This document shows, one piece after another, positions 61,995 through 64,000 of a stretch of DNA of 64,000 nucleotides; positions within the stretch are counted from its first letter, which is position 1; every line of letters begins with the position of its first letter. The notes below the pieces were generated by a model. The model did not search any database. It saw only the letters and a program-made list of their open reading frames with translations, and was not told the DNA's origin. The stretch spans positions 8,928,001 through 8,992,000 of the forward strand of contig JBHGNT010000007.1 of the NCBI GenBank assembly GCA_043228905.1, read 5' to 3'. This DNA is from Azolla caroliniana (lineage: Eukaryota; Plantae; Polypodiophyta). A program made the translations under genes and the position numbers.

Positions 61995-63656
61995 TGCATA
62001 CACATAATCCCTTTAATCTTGACGAATATACAATTGGATCTAATGAGAACTACAAATAGATATTAAGCCAAATGTATTTGTTCTTTGTTCTTTGTGTTAA
62101 CTTTTTTGTAAAATCCCTCTCAACCTAATGAGTGTGCAATCTTGGGTGCACCCACCATTGGTATCGAGGTGAGAGTGGGATTGGCATTGGGGTACGACGG
62201 AGGTCCAAGGCATTCAAAGGTTAGCAATGATAATTGTGTGTGTTGTGTGACGTGTCAATCGCGATGAATAGAGAGGAAGTTAGGAACGTGGTTGGTATAA
62301 AGTTAGTATACGACCAATTCGGAGGTGAGGGATGAAAGGTGCACCGAAAGTCCACGAAAGATGGGATAACAATTGTGCCCACCACTCTTTCAACAATTGC
62401 GGAAGTAGGAAGATGGAAGAAATTGAGCTTGATTTTGCAAATTGGCCGATTGCCACTTCCTAGGATTTGCATTGAAATCAAATGCCAAATACATCATATT
62501 CATAATAGTTAGGAGCTTGAACCTTGGATCCACTAAAAGGATGCATAATAGTTGAAGACTGAAGTATACGAATGACAACTTGAATGGTTGGGTCAAGGAT
62601 GTTTATGTAGTCATTGGTGAATGTGATCATGATCAACACACTCCACTCTTTGGGAGGATTTTCATTAGGGAGTGAAGAAAACAACGGGTAGTTTAAAAGT
62701 AATGTAGGTAGCCTTTCTTGAGCTTTAGTAAAGTCATCACATGGCCACAGTTTATGGAGCGGAAAGTAAGTGGGACGTGTTTGCATCCAAGATGGTGAAG
62801 ATGCCAAGTTATCCCAAAATGTGGAGTCAATGAAAAACTATAAACATCATGATGGTTGAATTCTAGGTGGTTTGCTGGAGGGATCAAATACTTTGTAGAA
62901 CCAACAAGTTGGACTATTGCATGGATGTAAAGTGGACTTGTCCTTCATCTTTTAATTATAGAGGTATGGTAAGAAGAATAGGTTCACCTTGGTTTTGACT
63001 TTGAAGTTGGGTTAGTAACCGAATAGATGTGCGAATAATGACTCTACCCCCAAATGATAGATAGACAACATTCTTTTGATGGCCTAAAAGTAAATACAAT
63101 AAAAGAATATCACAGAAGCTCATTAGAATCTCCCCCCCCAAAAAGTTTGATTTACAAAATCATCATATATACGTACGTGACGACGCCAAGCCCATAGTAT
63201 GTTAATGTACATATGTGTATATGTATGCGATGAGTGAGACCCATACGAGAAAAGAGAATGAAAGAAGACGCAACATTTATCCCACATACAAAGGAAGGCA
63301 CATAGATTGAGCCATATATATGAGTAAGTGGAAGAGAGAAGACTTCATCCCGGGTGGTTCTGTACCTGTAACCCTCACAAGGGGGGATTTGGGGGCTGTG
63401 TGGAGGCATGGCTCCGCTGGGCTAAGGACCGGCAGGCGGCGCATCTAAATGGGCGCGCCCGCTCCAAGCAGAGAGTGTCGGTGGGCGTCTCGCCGGAGGG
63501 TGAGGCGTCTGCTGCCTTGAAGTGGCGGGGTACCGCGTGTAAGGCCGGCGACGGAGCAACGATCACCCCCCTCTCTCGGCGGTGGAGGGACAACGCCGCC
63601 CTTGCGCCCCTACTGACCATCCTCTCAGAGCCGCCACTGTCCACCGCAGCCTCCCT
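61995..63656 (+). repeat. Dispersed duplication, copy 2
   Basis: Same blocks as copy 1, with reciprocal internal deletions. Confidence 0.88.
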
Positions 63657-64000
63657 CCAAAACCTTTTTGTTCATATAACTTCTTCAGTGAGGAGGCATC
63701 CAACCAAGATGGACCATTCGGGACCTGAACCAGGAAGATGACTTTGTTTCTTGATTGGTGTGGTGTGGTGGTGCACAATTTGTGTAAAATGTTTGATTAG
63801 GTGTTTAAATGCTAAATTTTATGACGAAAGCCTAGAGTTTTAGGAAACAAATTTTAGCTATGCATGTATTTTATTTATAGAGGAGGGGTATCTTTGGAAC
63901 ACAAAACCCCCCACCCTAGGTTTAAACCCAAGGCATACGGGTAGTGGTTGCCGAGTGTCCAACTTTGAGCATTGTCGTGAGGTCGTGTGTGTGAGTCGGG

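Overview
Repeat-dense nuclear DNA from a large-genome land plant; a fern is plausible but this is inference only. There is one intact host gene, an 8-exon LSM14/DCP5 (Scd6/RAP55 family) P-body decapping cofactor on + at 6087-13104 (546 aa). The rest is nested and mostly decayed transposable elements. These include several Ty1/copia families, one of them a young full-length copy at 46622-52528 with a perfect CCAAC TSD. They also include a two-LTR Ty3/gypsy element at 22160-28953 with a tRNA-Trp PBS, other gypsy remnants, a Mutator transposase remnant, a Mutator-type MITE, a TA-flanked TIR element, tRNA-derived SINE-like units, tandem repeats and a PPR fragment. Four signals stand out: (1) an antisense tRNA-like A-box/B-box module built into the 5' part of LTRs from more than one family; (2) a slippery heptamer plus predicted pseudoknot between gag-protease and RT in the gypsy element; (3) a copia family whose Pol reads through a first polypurine tract into a conserved ~240-aa tail bounded by a second PPT; (4) a long extra ORF 3' of a gypsy integrase.
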